Translations under genes and position numbers: made by a program
Notes under the pieces: generated by a model
Told to the model about the DNA's origin: nothing
The model's database searches: none
Seen by the model: the letters and a program-made list of their open reading frames with translations, nothing else
Assembly: GCA_918797485.1 (NCBI GenBank)
Contig: CAKKNE010000004.1
Span: 4,464,001 to 4,528,000 of the forward strand
Length of the DNA: 64,000 bases
Reading direction: 5' to 3'
Source of the DNA: Pelagomonas calceolata
Lineage: Eukaryota
Shown here: in pieces, positions 12,379 through 23,116 of the stretch
Layout: each line of letters starts with the position of its first letter
Numbering within the stretch: the first letter of the stretch is position 1

Positions 12379-12561
12379 CTAATTATATTCTGGATTTGTG
12401 GCTTTGGCAGCCCGTGAACGATCGACCCACCGCACACCTCGTGGTGCGCAACCGGGGCTGCCCTTGCCCGATCGACACCGCGGCTGTGCCTCCTAGTTTG
12501 ACGCACAGCTTGCCTCTGCGAGGTCGTGGTCGCACCAAGTGCTGGGCCAGAGCGGATCGAC

Positions 12562-14094
12562 ATGTATATGAGAGGCGCGACTCCCCAATCCGTCGCTGGG
12601 CTGGCAGCGGCGGCTGCGGCGGCAGGCGCATGTGCTCTCTGGTACCTGCGGTACCGGGGGCAGCGTGCTCTTGCTGCCCGTGTCGGGTTGGAAGCCGCTC
12701 ACAGTCTCTTTGACCAGATTGACGTCGACGATGGCACAATCTCGCGCGAGCAACTTGACGTCTGGCTGCGCAAGCGTCCGACGTGGGCAGCATCGCACGG
12801 CATCCGTGGCGTAGAGTCTGTTTTCGCGGCGCTCGTGGGCGGCAATGACCAAGCCAAGATCGACAAGTCATCCTTCGTCGCGTGGCTCTCGCGCCTCAAC
12901 CGCTCGCCTCCTGGACTCGCGGACGTCGATGACGACGTCGTGCACCTGAGCGACACAAAGCTCGGGGCGTACGGGGCGGTTCGATTCCTGGCACACAACC
13001 GCTATCTGCAAAAATGCCTCAACGAAGACGACCACGAGGCTGTCATTGGGCAGATGAGAGCACGCGATCTGCTCACCCTGGAGGCAGCACCAGAATGGTT
13101 TGCTTTCCCTGAGCACTCGCTGCGGTACGTGTTTCCCGACGGCACCGAGCGAGGCAATTTCCTCACCTGCGTGGACGGCTTTGTGACGCCCGAGGAGGCG
13201 CGGCGAATCATCGCGAGGGGTTGCCTGATCAAGTCCAGAGGGACGCCATCTTCACGGGCAGTAGCTCGGTGGCGCTGGCGCTACGCTGTAACAGCGCTGG
13301 CGACCAGAGCGCCAGACAAGCCTCACTCCAAGGCCCTCGGTCGTCACGGTGCCTCGAGCGACGTGGCGGCTGCTGACGAGCGTGTGGGGGACGTCTCCTA
13401 CACGGGTCGTTCGGGCACGATCGCCTTCGACCATGCGTATGCCTTCGGTTGGGCGCTTCTGCGGCGTGCGCGCCCTTGGCTGCCGGTGGAGATCCACGAG
13501 GGCCCGGATCGGCGATGGGTGCTGCACGGGCTCAACCCGCGCATTCGCTTGGTGAATTACGAGGACGGCAATCGCTTTGGCATGCATTTTGATCTGAGGA
13601 GGTGGGGCATCGATTCAGCAGTCGACGAAAATGGCGTGCCGATCACCGACCCGGCGCGCCTGAACGCGCCGGACGCCGAGGAGGAGGGCCAGCATGCGCT
13701 CATCACCCTCAATCTGTACCTGAACACGCCCTCCGAGCCGAGCGAGAGCTTTGGAGGTGGCCGCATTATCATTCACCAGGTGGCGCGAGGCCCGTGCGCG
13801 GACACGGGGGCGCCCTCGACGGCGCAGTGGGAGGATGGTGAGGACACCATGACCAGCGCAGAGTGGCGTGCGTGCGGTTGCCCCGCCGACAACTCGCAGA
13901 CCTTCCACAACCTCGAGTCTTTTGCCGTCCCGCCCGTGGCCGGCCGCATGCTCATCTTTGGGCAGGGACGGCTGGGCGGCATTGCACACGAGGCTGAGGC
14001 GGTGCGTATCAGCCACGGACGCATGGGCGATCAAAAGTGGATCCTGCGGGCAGACGCGGTGTATCAGCTCTCGCGGATCGTTGCTGACAGTTAA
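12562..14094 (+). CDS. EF-hand plus 2OG-Fe(II) oxygenase (prolyl-4-hydroxylase-like) protein
   Basis: N-terminal anchor; DVDDGTISREQL EF-hand; GLNPRIRLVNY..FGMHFD, TLNLYLN..GG, HEAEAV, KWILRADAVY. Confidence 0.8.
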   Translation: MYMRGATPQSVAGLAAAAAAAGACALWYLRYRGQRALAARVGLEAAHSLFDQIDVDDGTISREQLDVWLRKRPTWAASHGIRGVESVFAALVGGNDQAKIDKSSFVAWLSRLNRSPPGLADVDDDVVHLSDTKLGAYGAVRFLAHNRYLQKCLNEDDHEAVIGQMRARDLLTLEAAPEWFAFPEHSLRYVFPDGTERGNFLTCVDGFVTPEEARRIIARGCLIKSRGTPSSRAVARWRWRYAVTALATRAPDKPHSKALGRHGASSDVAAADERVGDVSYTGRSGTIAFDHAYAFGWALLRRARPWLPVEIHEGPDRRWVLHGLNPRIRLVNYEDGNRFGMHFDLRRWGIDSAVDENGVPITDPARLNAPDAEEEGQHALITLNLYLNTPSEPSESFGGGRIIIHQVARGPCADTGAPSTAQWEDGEDTMTSAEWRACGCPADNSQTFHNLESFAVPPVAGRMLIFGQGRLGGIAHEAEAVRISHGRMGDQKWILRADAVYQLSRIVADS

Positions 14095-14147
14095 CTGTTA
14101 TCATAACTAGTAGTTACATCACTTACACAGGTGCGCGGTCACATCAT

Positions 14148-15497
14148 CTACGACGCATAGATGCGCCGCCGCTCCGTCACGGGCGCGCGACAGATTGGGC
14201 ACTTGCTGAGCCCGCGCGCGCAGGCGTCGCAGGCGCAGAAATGGCCGCAGCCGAACGCGACCTCGAGCGGTCGCTCGTGGCAAACGACGCACTCGTTCGT
14301 CGACGTCGTGGCGATGGCCGCGCGGCGCGCGTCTTCGCTCACGAGCGCGTGCGACAAAGCCGCGGCCTCAGCGGAGAAGGCCGCGAGCGCCTCATCAGAC
14401 AGCGCGGCCAGGTCGCCGGCCGACGGTGCCGGCACGAGCCGCGCGCTCTCTTCGAGGGCGTCGCGTTCGGCGAGTAGCGAGGTATTCTCCCTGTGCAGGA
14501 GGTCCCGCTCGGCCGCGAGAGTGCGTGCCTCGATCACGAGGGAAGCATTGTCCGCCTGGAGACGCTCGATTTGCACATCACGAGCGATGACTTTAGCCAA
14601 ATTTTCCGCCCTTTCACTCTCGATCTGTGCAACGTCCCACGAGTGCTTCTCGAGCTCCGCTTTCGCTGCGAGCAAGGCGTCGTTTTCGCGTCGAAGGTCG
14701 GCGATGGCCTCTTCGTCGGCGCGCTGCATCCGCACCCTCGCCTGGTCGGCGTTTTCAGAAAGGCGTGCGATATCAGCGCCCAGTCTATCAACCTCCGTCC
14801 GGAGTCGCTCGCTCTCCGCCCGCGCCGCGTCGCGCTCGTCGCCCGCCGTCGCGTTTGAGGCGAGGCGCGCATTTTCCGCCCTGAGCCGGTCGTTGTCTGC
14901 CCGGGCCCGCGCCGCGTCGGCCGTCGCCGCGTCGCGCGCCTGCTCGGCCGCGCGCTTCTGCGCCTGCAGCTTCTTGTTCCGCTCCATCACCTTGGACCGC
15001 TCCTTGGCCGAAGGCCGCGACTGCGGCGTTCGACGCTGCGGCGTCACCGCCGCGTCGTCGAGGCTCACGGCCGAATCGCCGCCCGCCAGGAGACTTTTCA
15101 CTGCCTCCAGATCGGCGCGCTTGGCCGCGCGGCGGCGCCGGTGGTAGACATACGCCGCGACCGCGACGGCGGCGCCGCCTATGATGATCAAGCGGGTGCG
15201 GCGCGAGAGGGACGGCGCCACTGATGCCTGCCTGATAGTCGCGACGCGCCAGTCGATCCCAGTGAATGCATCGCGCGCCACTTTCACACCAGCCGGGACG
15301 GCGACGTTCAAGCGGTTCAAGCCAATGATAATCACGTCTAGAGCCTCGGACGCGTTTATGTGATCGGCATAAATTTGCTGGCCCCAACCAGACATGTCGC
15401 TCAACATCTTGTTGGTCGCCGCCCAATCTTCTGCTCCGAAGGCTGCGGAGAAGTTGTCGACCCATCTCGCTGCAAACTGTTTGTCGAACTGCTTCAT
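14148..15497 (-). CDS. Coiled-coil protein with C-terminal C3HC4 RING finger (E3 ligase-like)
   Basis: CVVC..CGHFCAC..C..CPICR at C-terminus; TM segment; long heptad region; ATG at 15497. Confidence 0.8.
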   Translation of the reverse strand: MKQFDKQFAARWVDNFSAAFGAEDWAATNKMLSDMSGWGQQIYADHINASEALDVIIIGLNRLNVAVPAGVKVARDAFTGIDWRVATIRQASVAPSLSRRTRLIIIGGAAVAVAAYVYHRRRRAAKRADLEAVKSLLAGGDSAVSLDDAAVTPQRRTPQSRPSAKERSKVMERNKKLQAQKRAAEQARDAATADAARARADNDRLRAENARLASNATAGDERDAARAESERLRTEVDRLGADIARLSENADQARVRMQRADEEAIADLRRENDALLAAKAELEKHSWDVAQIESERAENLAKVIARDVQIERLQADNASLVIEARTLAAERDLLHRENTSLLAERDALEESARLVPAPSAGDLAALSDEALAAFSAEAAALSHALVSEDARRAAIATTSTNECVVCHERPLEVAFGCGHFCACDACARGLSKCPICRAPVTERRRIYAS

Positions 15498-15694
15498 CCT
15501 CACCAGTGTGCGCTCGCAACGCCGCACGCTGCGACTTAAAAAGCTTTTGTGTGGCAAGGCGGGTCAGCTGCGGCGCGCGCTGGCGAGCAGCGCTGTGGCA
15601 GTTCACTGAGGCGCTAGCAGCTGCGCGGCTCGCAGAATTGCAGCGCTATGCCCCAGATTCTCCCAAAAACGCGCGCGTCCAAAAGCTGCCAGAG

Positions 15695-15716
15695 CTAGCG
15701 TCGTGTAAGACACTAG
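15695..15716 (-). promoter_or_regulatory. CTAG-N14-CTAG upstream box
   Basis: Reverse complement CTAGTGTCTTACACGACGCTAG, ~200 bp before ATG 15497. Confidence 0.6.
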
Positions 15717-15877
15717 CAAACGGAGAGCAAAGCTGTCGCATCGGCTCATCGCAGAGCTTCTCGCGCTGCGAGCTCGACCGCAGCTTGGTCTCGCATCCAA
15801 AAATCACTGCGCCTTTGCTCGCGCTGCCACACAGCGACCGGTAGCAGAGCACATCTCAACCAGAGAGCAGCACAAAG

Positions 15878-17038
15878 ATGCTCAAATACGCCGCCGCCGC
15901 AGCGATCGCAGCGATCCTCGGCAGCAAATATACAAGCCAGCCCCCACCTTACGACGACGGCGCCGCATCACTCATCAAGGTCGACGCGCGGCTCTTGGCG
16001 GGCAACGCCCACGGCGCGCCCTTCCCGCCGGTCTATAAAGGCAAATGGGCGCTGAACGACCGGCTAACCAAAGCGACGCGGCTCTACGAGGGACAGGTCG
16101 AGGGCAGCGAGTCCGTCGCGACGCTAAGTGATGGGACGTTACTCACCGTCGACAAGTACGGCTGGGTCTGGACGGCGCCGCGCGGGGCCACGAAAGCCAC
16201 CAAGAAATGGTACGTCGGGCCCGGGCGACCTTTGGGATTTCACGCTGTTGCCGATGCTCTTTACGTCGCGTGCTCGCTCAAGGGCCTCCTCAAGCTCGAT
16301 ATGAGTAAAGGCACCCTGGAGGTCCTCGCCAATCTTGCCGAAGACACGAATCTTCCCCTAAACTACGTGAACGACCTCGACGTGGCTCCCAATGGTGATA
16401 TATATTTTACGTCGTCGACGGAACGAGGAGTGTTGTACAACGCGCGGAAGGGCTTCTACGACACGCTGCACTCCTACCTCCAGAACCTCTGCAAGGGCGA
16501 CAATACCGGGAGGTTGCTGAAATACGACGCGGCGACGCGAACGACCAGTACTTTATTATCTGGTCTGTGGTACGCTAATGGTGTGGCGTTGAGTGCGGAC
16601 TACCGAGATGTTATGGTGGTCGAGACGAACTTGAATCGCGTGCACCGCTACTCGCTGACAACAGGGAAAACCGAGGTTTTTGTGGACAAAATACCGGCGA
16701 TGCCGGACGGGATTTCCCGCAGTGCTGATGGCGGCTTCTGGATCGGCGGCGTCGTGCGGTTATCTCCTTTGCCGCGGCTGCTGGCGCCCTATCCAAAGCT
16801 GCGGACCTTGGTGTCTCATATTGTCGGGCCGCTATTGCCGGTGGTGGCTAAGCCCGCGGGCCTCGTCTTCAAGGTCGATTCTACCGGAAAGCCGGCGGAC
16901 GCCTTGTATGATTTGTCAGGTGCGTACGTGTCGTCCGTGAGCGCCGTCGCGCAGGACGGCGACGCTCTATATCTGGGGAACCTGAACGGGGACTTCGTGT
17001 CTCGCGTGGAGCTGTCGCCGCCGCGGTGGAACCTTTGA
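15878..17038 (+). CDS. Strictosidine synthase-like / APMAP beta-propeller protein
   Basis: GRPLG, NDLDVAPNGDIYFT, GRLLKYD, YANGVALS, PDGI motifs. Confidence 0.9.
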   Translation: MLKYAAAAAIAAILGSKYTSQPPPYDDGAASLIKVDARLLAGNAHGAPFPPVYKGKWALNDRLTKATRLYEGQVEGSESVATLSDGTLLTVDKYGWVWTAPRGATKATKKWYVGPGRPLGFHAVADALYVACSLKGLLKLDMSKGTLEVLANLAEDTNLPLNYVNDLDVAPNGDIYFTSSTERGVLYNARKGFYDTLHSYLQNLCKGDNTGRLLKYDAATRTTSTLLSGLWYANGVALSADYRDVMVVETNLNRVHRYSLTTGKTEVFVDKIPAMPDGISRSADGGFWIGGVVRLSPLPRLLAPYPKLRTLVSHIVGPLLPVVAKPAGLVFKVDSTGKPADALYDLSGAYVSSVSAVAQDGDALYLGNLNGDFVSRVELSPPRWNL

Positions 17039-17425
17039 GCGGTGGCGCGTAAGTTGTGGTGTTGATTTACTGCGTCTGATTGTTTGCCCCCGGCCGTCCG
17101 CCGTCGTCCGCCGCGCGTCTGAGGACGACGCACGTCCTGCGGCCGGGTCGTACCCTTCGTTGCGGGGCTCTATGCGTCCGCAGGCCTCCCCGAATGCCTC
17201 AAAGCATGTTCCCTTGTAGGAATTTAGGAAAGCATACTAGGCTCTCAGCCTCATCCTTGGGGCACGGCGCTAACAGCCGCGCAGGACGCGTGAGCAACGC
17301 GTTGATACTCGTTTGTCGTCTACTCAGATCGTATAGATCGCCACCGCCCGACGAACTCGTGCCAAATCAACGAGAGCAAAATTCTTGTTTGCAGGCCTAC
17401 CTTTGCTCTAGGCTAAGCGCGAACG

Positions 17426-18367
17426 ATGACTGAAACGGTCGTCGACGAGGAGGCGTGGCTCCTGGCCTCGCCGCAGAAGCCGCGGCGCGGCGCCCGCGCC
17501 GTCGTGGCGAGCGTCCTCGCCGTGTCCGTTTTGGCGCTCGCGGCGATCCGCGGCGCGTTCACGCCGTCGGCGCCGCGGCCCGCGGGTCGCCTCTACTACG
17601 CGGACGGCCAGGCCTTCGCCGAGCTCCAGACTTCGTTAGAAGAATTTGAGAAGGAATGGCATAACGCGTTCCCCGAGGAGCTCGTCGCGCAGTGGGAGGA
17701 TGGCGAGTTCGATCTCCTGCCGATTGATACTGGAGACGGCGAGGACGAGCCCGATCTCCTGCCCGTGAAGTCCGGAGACGGCGGCGACGGCGACGGCGAC
17801 GGCGAAGACTCCGGCGGTGGCGGTACGCACGTGCCGCTGCTCTGCGACGAGGACTGCGAGGGCGACGAGCCCGACCTCCTGCCCGTGGAGTCTGGAGGCG
17901 GTGACGGCGACGGCGACGGCGAGGACACCAGTGGCGGTACCGTCGTGCCGCTACTCAAAGATGACGACAGCGGCGACGAGCCCAACGTGCCGCTACTCAA
18001 AGACGACGACGGCGGCGACGAGCCCGACGTACCGCTACTCAAAGACGACGACGGTGGCGACGAGCCCGACGCCGGCGACGCGTCGACGACGCCCGACGAC
18101 AACGGCGGCGCGAACGGCGGCGACGGCGTCCTGCCCGAGGATAACGACGACGGCGCGTCGCAGCCCGGCGCCGGCGGAGGCGTGGCGGGCGGCGTCGCGC
18201 CGACGGTCAAGGGGCCCGGCTATGGGCAAACGATGCCTGGACATAACGTCGACGGCGGCTTCCGGCCCGTCCTGCAGGTGGGTCCAGATCTCTCCGAAGT
18301 CACGCAGCCAGGCCTCGGCCAGGGCAACACGTTCGTGACGTCGTGGGACGACATGCGGAAGAAGTGA
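17426..18367 (+). CDS. Single-pass membrane protein with acidic Gly/Asp-rich repeats
   Basis: TM helix near N-terminus; repeated DEPD(L/V)(L/P)LL and GDGDGDGED units. Confidence 0.65.
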   Translation: MTETVVDEEAWLLASPQKPRRGARAVVASVLAVSVLALAAIRGAFTPSAPRPAGRLYYADGQAFAELQTSLEEFEKEWHNAFPEELVAQWEDGEFDLLPIDTGDGEDEPDLLPVKSGDGGDGDGDGEDSGGGGTHVPLLCDEDCEGDEPDLLPVESGGGDGDGDGEDTSGGTVVPLLKDDDSGDEPNVPLLKDDDGGDEPDVPLLKDDDGGDEPDAGDASTTPDDNGGANGGDGVLPEDNDDGASQPGAGGGVAGGVAPTVKGPGYGQTMPGHNVDGGFRPVLQVGPDLSEVTQPGLGQGNTFVTSWDDMRKK

Positions 18368-19219
18368 CCCTGATGTACGTACCCCTCTCCTTATCCTCTT
18401 CCTCCCGCCCCACGACTCTAACGTTTTTCTATGTGTACTTTGGTGGCGCGCGCGGCTGCGGCCGCGCCAGCGACTCGTACCCTGGACCAGTTTTGTGCCT
18501 GTGCTGGCTTAACGTAGACTGACGTACGCGTCCTGGCCGGGGCACGAGCCGTTCATATTGGCTTTGGCCCCCATAGAGCTATAGAGAACTGCCCCATATA
18601 TACATATATCGGCCTAGGCCAATGGTACCTTTTTATAAGACCCCCCGGGAAATTAAAAAGTATACATAGGAAGTTGCCCAGGGCTGAGCGATGGCGTGCT
18701 AATTTGAGAACCGCCTGCCGCTGCTGCGTCTGGCCCCGCCCCACCAGACGCACCCATTTTTGGGTGAGTGGGCACTGGTGAAAAGACTGCGTCGAAAGAG
18801 CCCATTTTGGCGGAGAGAGAGCACAAACATCTGCGGAGGGCCCGCGCTCTCTTTTTACACGGCGGGCGCCCCGCTGGGGCGCCCCTTACGTTTTGGACCA
18901 ACGCCTTGGACCACGCGGCGGCCCTGCAGCGCTTCAAAAGGCGGCTGGGTCCTCACGGTGACCTGATACAAAAAAAAGTCACCGTAGGAACTCCGCTGAC
19001 CTGGTTGCCCACAGTGGCGCCAGGTCGCCGCCCGAAGTACTGCGTGTCACCGCGGCGTCGTACGGCAGCCGTAAGGCGGGCGAACGCCTCAGGCTCGCCG
19101 CAGCAGCCTCCACAAGGCCGCGGTGACCCGAACCGCGGGCCTGCCGGCCTCACACACCCTTCACGCCGCCGCCGCGACCGCGCAAGACACTCACCCACGA
19201 CGCAACGCAGGTATACACC

Positions 19220-20299
19220 ATGGGCAAGACCATCAAGTCGCTCCGGCGCAACCCGGACGCCCCATTATGGCGCGACGTCTTGAAATCCATAAAAGCGAAG
19301 CCCAAACTAGCCTTCTACTTCGCCAAACCGGTAGACCACGTCGCGTTGAATATTCCGTTGTATCCTACCATCGTGAAGACTCCCATGGACCTCCAGACCA
19401 TAGAAAGGAAGCTCGCCGCAAATGAATATGCCGAGCTCGACGACTTCGCCACGGACGTGCGATTAGTGTTTAGCAACGCCATGCTCTTCAACAAGAACGA
19501 GCAGCACCAGGTCCACATTGCTGCTCGCAAATTATCAACTTTTTTTGAGCTGAAATACGAGGAGCTGAAACGAGGCCACCAGCGCGAGAAGCGCGACGCG
19601 CCGGGGCGGAGGGATCGACCTCCTCCCAGACCTCATGGCGCCTTCGCGTCGCAGCCTCGAGCGGCCTTCTTGGCGCCGGCGACGACGCGCGGCGCCTCGC
19701 GGCAGCAGAAGCGCAAGCAAGAAGTCCCGGAGGGCATGGTTCCGGCCAGCGTCGTCGAGAAGCTCCGGGCGGACATGGAGCTCATGCGCAAGGAGGTCGA
19801 GCGGCTGAAGCGGCAGAATAGCTCGGTCGAGGTCTCGGAACCCTCATCTACGGACGACTCCGACGAGTCCTCGAACGACGGTTCTCTCAAACCGCGGCGA
19901 CCTCTCGCCAAATTACGGTTCAGAGTGTCATCGAGAGATGACGGCATCGCCACTTCTCATAGCACGGACACGTTGGGTACTGTCTCCGTGGCAACGTCAC
20001 CGCTAGGCACGTATGATCCGGACGCGTCGCTCGACGGCCTCGACGCGGACGACGTCGCTAGACTCAGAAGTGCAATGGTCGAGATCGGAGATGACAACGA
20101 AGTCGCGTTGGCGACGCGGACGCCGCCCGACGCGCCGCCGCCGAAAAAGCACCGCTACTCCATGTCGCCGGCGGCCTTGGACCTGCCTCGACCCGATACT
20201 TTACGGAGCGGCTCGGAGTACTCGCTCGACCCGCTGCCACAGGCTGGTAGCACGTCGCCGCTCTGGGCGTTCCCCGAGGAGGACCTGCCGGCGGAATAG
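19220..20299 (+). CDS. Bromodomain protein (BET/GTE-like bromodomain plus coiled coil)
   Basis: FAKPVD..L.IPLYPTIVKTPMDLQTI..Y..F..DVRLVFSNAMLFN. Confidence 0.9.
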   Translation: MGKTIKSLRRNPDAPLWRDVLKSIKAKPKLAFYFAKPVDHVALNIPLYPTIVKTPMDLQTIERKLAANEYAELDDFATDVRLVFSNAMLFNKNEQHQVHIAARKLSTFFELKYEELKRGHQREKRDAPGRRDRPPPRPHGAFASQPRAAFLAPATTRGASRQQKRKQEVPEGMVPASVVEKLRADMELMRKEVERLKRQNSSVEVSEPSSTDDSDESSNDGSLKPRRPLAKLRFRVSSRDDGIATSHSTDTLGTVSVATSPLGTYDPDASLDGLDADDVARLRSAMVEIGDDNEVALATRTPPDAPPPKKHRYSMSPAALDLPRPDTLRSGSEYSLDPLPQAGSTSPLWAFPEEDLPAE

Positions 20300-20905
20300 G
20301 TGTACTTGTCGTACGCCCACAAAAAAAATCACCTGGCGAGCACGCGGTTGCTCGTTTCAGAGACCACAAAAAAAAAAAATTCACCTTGCCGCGCGCGACG
20401 ACCGCGCGCGAGGAGGGCGAGTGAACTGCTGACGAACCGAACCTGATCTGTGATCTACGACCGACCCGGCACACGCGGTGACGCGAAAGTCGGGCACCCC
20501 CGAAACACCAGCACATCCCTCACCTCCCTGTTCCCCCATTTTCCCCTCAAGTACAAAAACAAACAAAAATCCCGCGAGCGAGCCGCGGACGCAACGCGCC
20601 TACGGGGTGCGATAGAATAACTTCTCATTTTGGGAATTGCTTTGTGTCGTCGTGGCTTGATCGCGGCGCGTCGCGTCGATGGCGTCTCGCGTGTGCGCGG
20701 CGCGATGGTCTCTGGTTTCCGTTACGATGCTAGGACTAGTGGGCGGCGCCCGTTCCACGGGTTGGGGGGAGACACCGCGCGTCGCCGATTCATCGGCGGC
20801 GGGCGCGTACCGCGTCTTTCATAACAGCATGCTTCGAGTAGAGACCGCCGTCGCGCCGCCGCCGCCGCCTCGCGGCAAAGCAACAGGCCGCGCTGAGGCT
20901 GATTC

Positions 20906-20923
20906 CTAGTGTCTTACACCTAG
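20906..20923 (+). promoter_or_regulatory. CTAG-N10-CTAG upstream box
   Basis: CTAGTGTCTTACACCTAG, ~170 bp before ABCG. Confidence 0.55.
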
Positions 20924-21090
20924 CTCAGCCCATCGAGTGCGCCCTTTTTGTGCTCATTGGTGGTCATTCTTCGCTAGCTGTTGGTGGGTAGATCATCAGA
21001 CACACCTTCGATAGCGTCGCACCGAAATTCGCATCCGTACGGCCGCCAAACAAGAGCTAGAGCCGCAGAGCACAGAGGCCAGCAAACAAA

Positions 21091-22851
21091 ATGTCGGACA
21101 GCCGCGTCGACGTAGAACAGCCGTCGAGCTGGGAGGTGCGCTGGAAGGGTCTAACGTTCAAAGTACCGGACAAAACCAATGGGCAGAAGACGATCCTGGA
21201 CGATTGTTCGGGCGCCGTGCGCGGCGGGCAGGTCTGCGGCGTCCTCGGGCCGTCCGGCAGCGGCAAGACGACGCTGCTCGATGCCCTGGCGGGCCGCATC
21301 GACGGATCCCGCAAAGGACGGGTGTTAGAGGGAGACATCGCGGGCTGCGAGCGCTGCGCGTACGTCCAGCAAGAGGAGGCCTTAGTCGGAGTGCTCACGA
21401 CGAAGGAGACGCTGCACACGGCCGCGGCGTTGGTCGGCGGCGCCGCGGCGCGCCAACGAGCCGACGCGCTGCTCGACGAGCTCGGGCTGACGAGCTGTGC
21501 GGACGTCATCGTCGGCACGATCCTGTTGAAGGGTCTCAGTGGAGGCCAGAAGCGCCGCCTGTCTATCGCGGTAGAGCTCGTGGCCGAACCCAAGACGCTG
21601 CTCCTCGACGAACCTACTTCGGGACTGGATTCCGCCTCGGCGCTCGCCGTCCTGGAGAAGGTCAAGGCCGTCGCGTCGTCGTCGGCGGTCGCCGTCGTGC
21701 TCACGCTGCATCAGCCGTCGCACGCGGCGTGGCAGACGTTGGATCGCGTCTCGTTCATGGCGAGAGGGCGAGTCTGCTACTTTGGGGATGATGCCGGCCT
21801 CAAAACGTTCCTAGCTTCCGCTGATTCCCCGGTGCCCGGTAACCGCGACGTCGCCGAGTACGTGCTGTCGCTGACGAACGAGGACTTTCCCGGCCACGGG
21901 GATGTGGATTCGATTGTGGCCAAATTTCGGGAGACGCGAGAAGGCGATGGCGTTGTCGAAGGCTCCGCGGCGCCGCCGCGCCGCCGCGCCGGTTTCTTGA
22001 CACGCTTTGCCGTGCTGTGCGGCCGCGGCTTCCGCGAGCTGATCCGAGACCCGGGGGTCATCATGGTCCGCTTGGCGATGTACGCGATGCTGTCTGCGTT
22101 GATCGGAGCGATGTACGCGAACGTGGGAGACGACAAGGACCAGGAGTCCGTCGTGGCGCGCGTCTCCGTCTTGTTCTACGTGGCGGCGTTTATGGTGTTC
22201 ATGAGCGTCGCGGTGCTGCCGTTCGTCATGCTCCAGCGGGATGTGTTCGTGAAGGAGCGGATGAATGGCCATTATGGGGTAATGGAGTACGTGCTGGCGC
22301 GCTTCGTCGTGGCTGTTCCTGGGGTGGCTTTGCTGGCCATCGTCACGACGCTGCTCGTCGTCTTTCCCGCCAAGCTGAACGGTCCGGTGATCTACGGCCT
22401 CGACCTGTTCGTTTCACTACTCGTAGCCGAAGGGTTTATGTCCCTTGTCGCCGCTTGTGTCCCCCACTACATTATCGGCATCGCGTTAGCGGCAGGCATC
22501 TTCGGGTTTCACATGCTGTGTGAAGGGTTCTTCAAGGTCAAGTCAGAGATTCCAGACTACCTCAAGTAAGTGCCATCGACGCGGCTCGTCGCTCACCGCC
22601 CACGTCCGCGCAGGTGGGGCTACTACATCGCCTTCCACTCGTACACGTTCCGTATATTTATGCACAACGAGTTCAACCCGATCAACAACCTCGACTGCAA
22701 GCCGTTCTGCGACGGGGAAGAGGTACTACGCTTCTACGATATGGGCGACGTCGACGTGGCCGCGGACTTCGGCGTGCTCATCGGCTTCGCCGTATTCTTT
22801 CAGTTGTGCTTCGCTGTGGTCTTGTACAAGTTCCACACCGGGCGGCGCTGA
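21091..22851 (+). CDS. ABCG half-transporter; 48-nt intron 22566-22613
   Basis: GPSGSGKT, LSGGQKRR, LLLDEPTSGLDS, ABC2 membrane domain; GTAAGT..CAG intron restores YLKWGYYI. Confidence 0.92.
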
Positions 22852-23116
22852 GCTAAGTATGTGTATGATAACTCAAGTGCTAGTATGTCACGCTAGCCCC
22901 ATTCGCATAAAGCGTCGCTCTTCAGCCGTCGCAGCCGGCACACATAGCTCGTACAAGTGGTCTGGTGGCATTTTTCACAAGCCTTTGTACCATAGATACC
23001 ACGCCTAGCGCGCACGGCCCGTGCTCTCGCGTTCAGAGCACGTCAACCTGGGAGAGCGAGTCAGGCCCTCAACACCGACTGCAACACCGACGCTGTCGCC
23101 GCAGCCTTAGTAAACT

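Noticed and set aside
18555..18700. AT-rich stretch with short palindromes (GGCCTAGGCC, GGTACC) upstream of the bromodomain gene
   Set aside because: No TIR partner, TSD or RNA fold found; cannot assign a function
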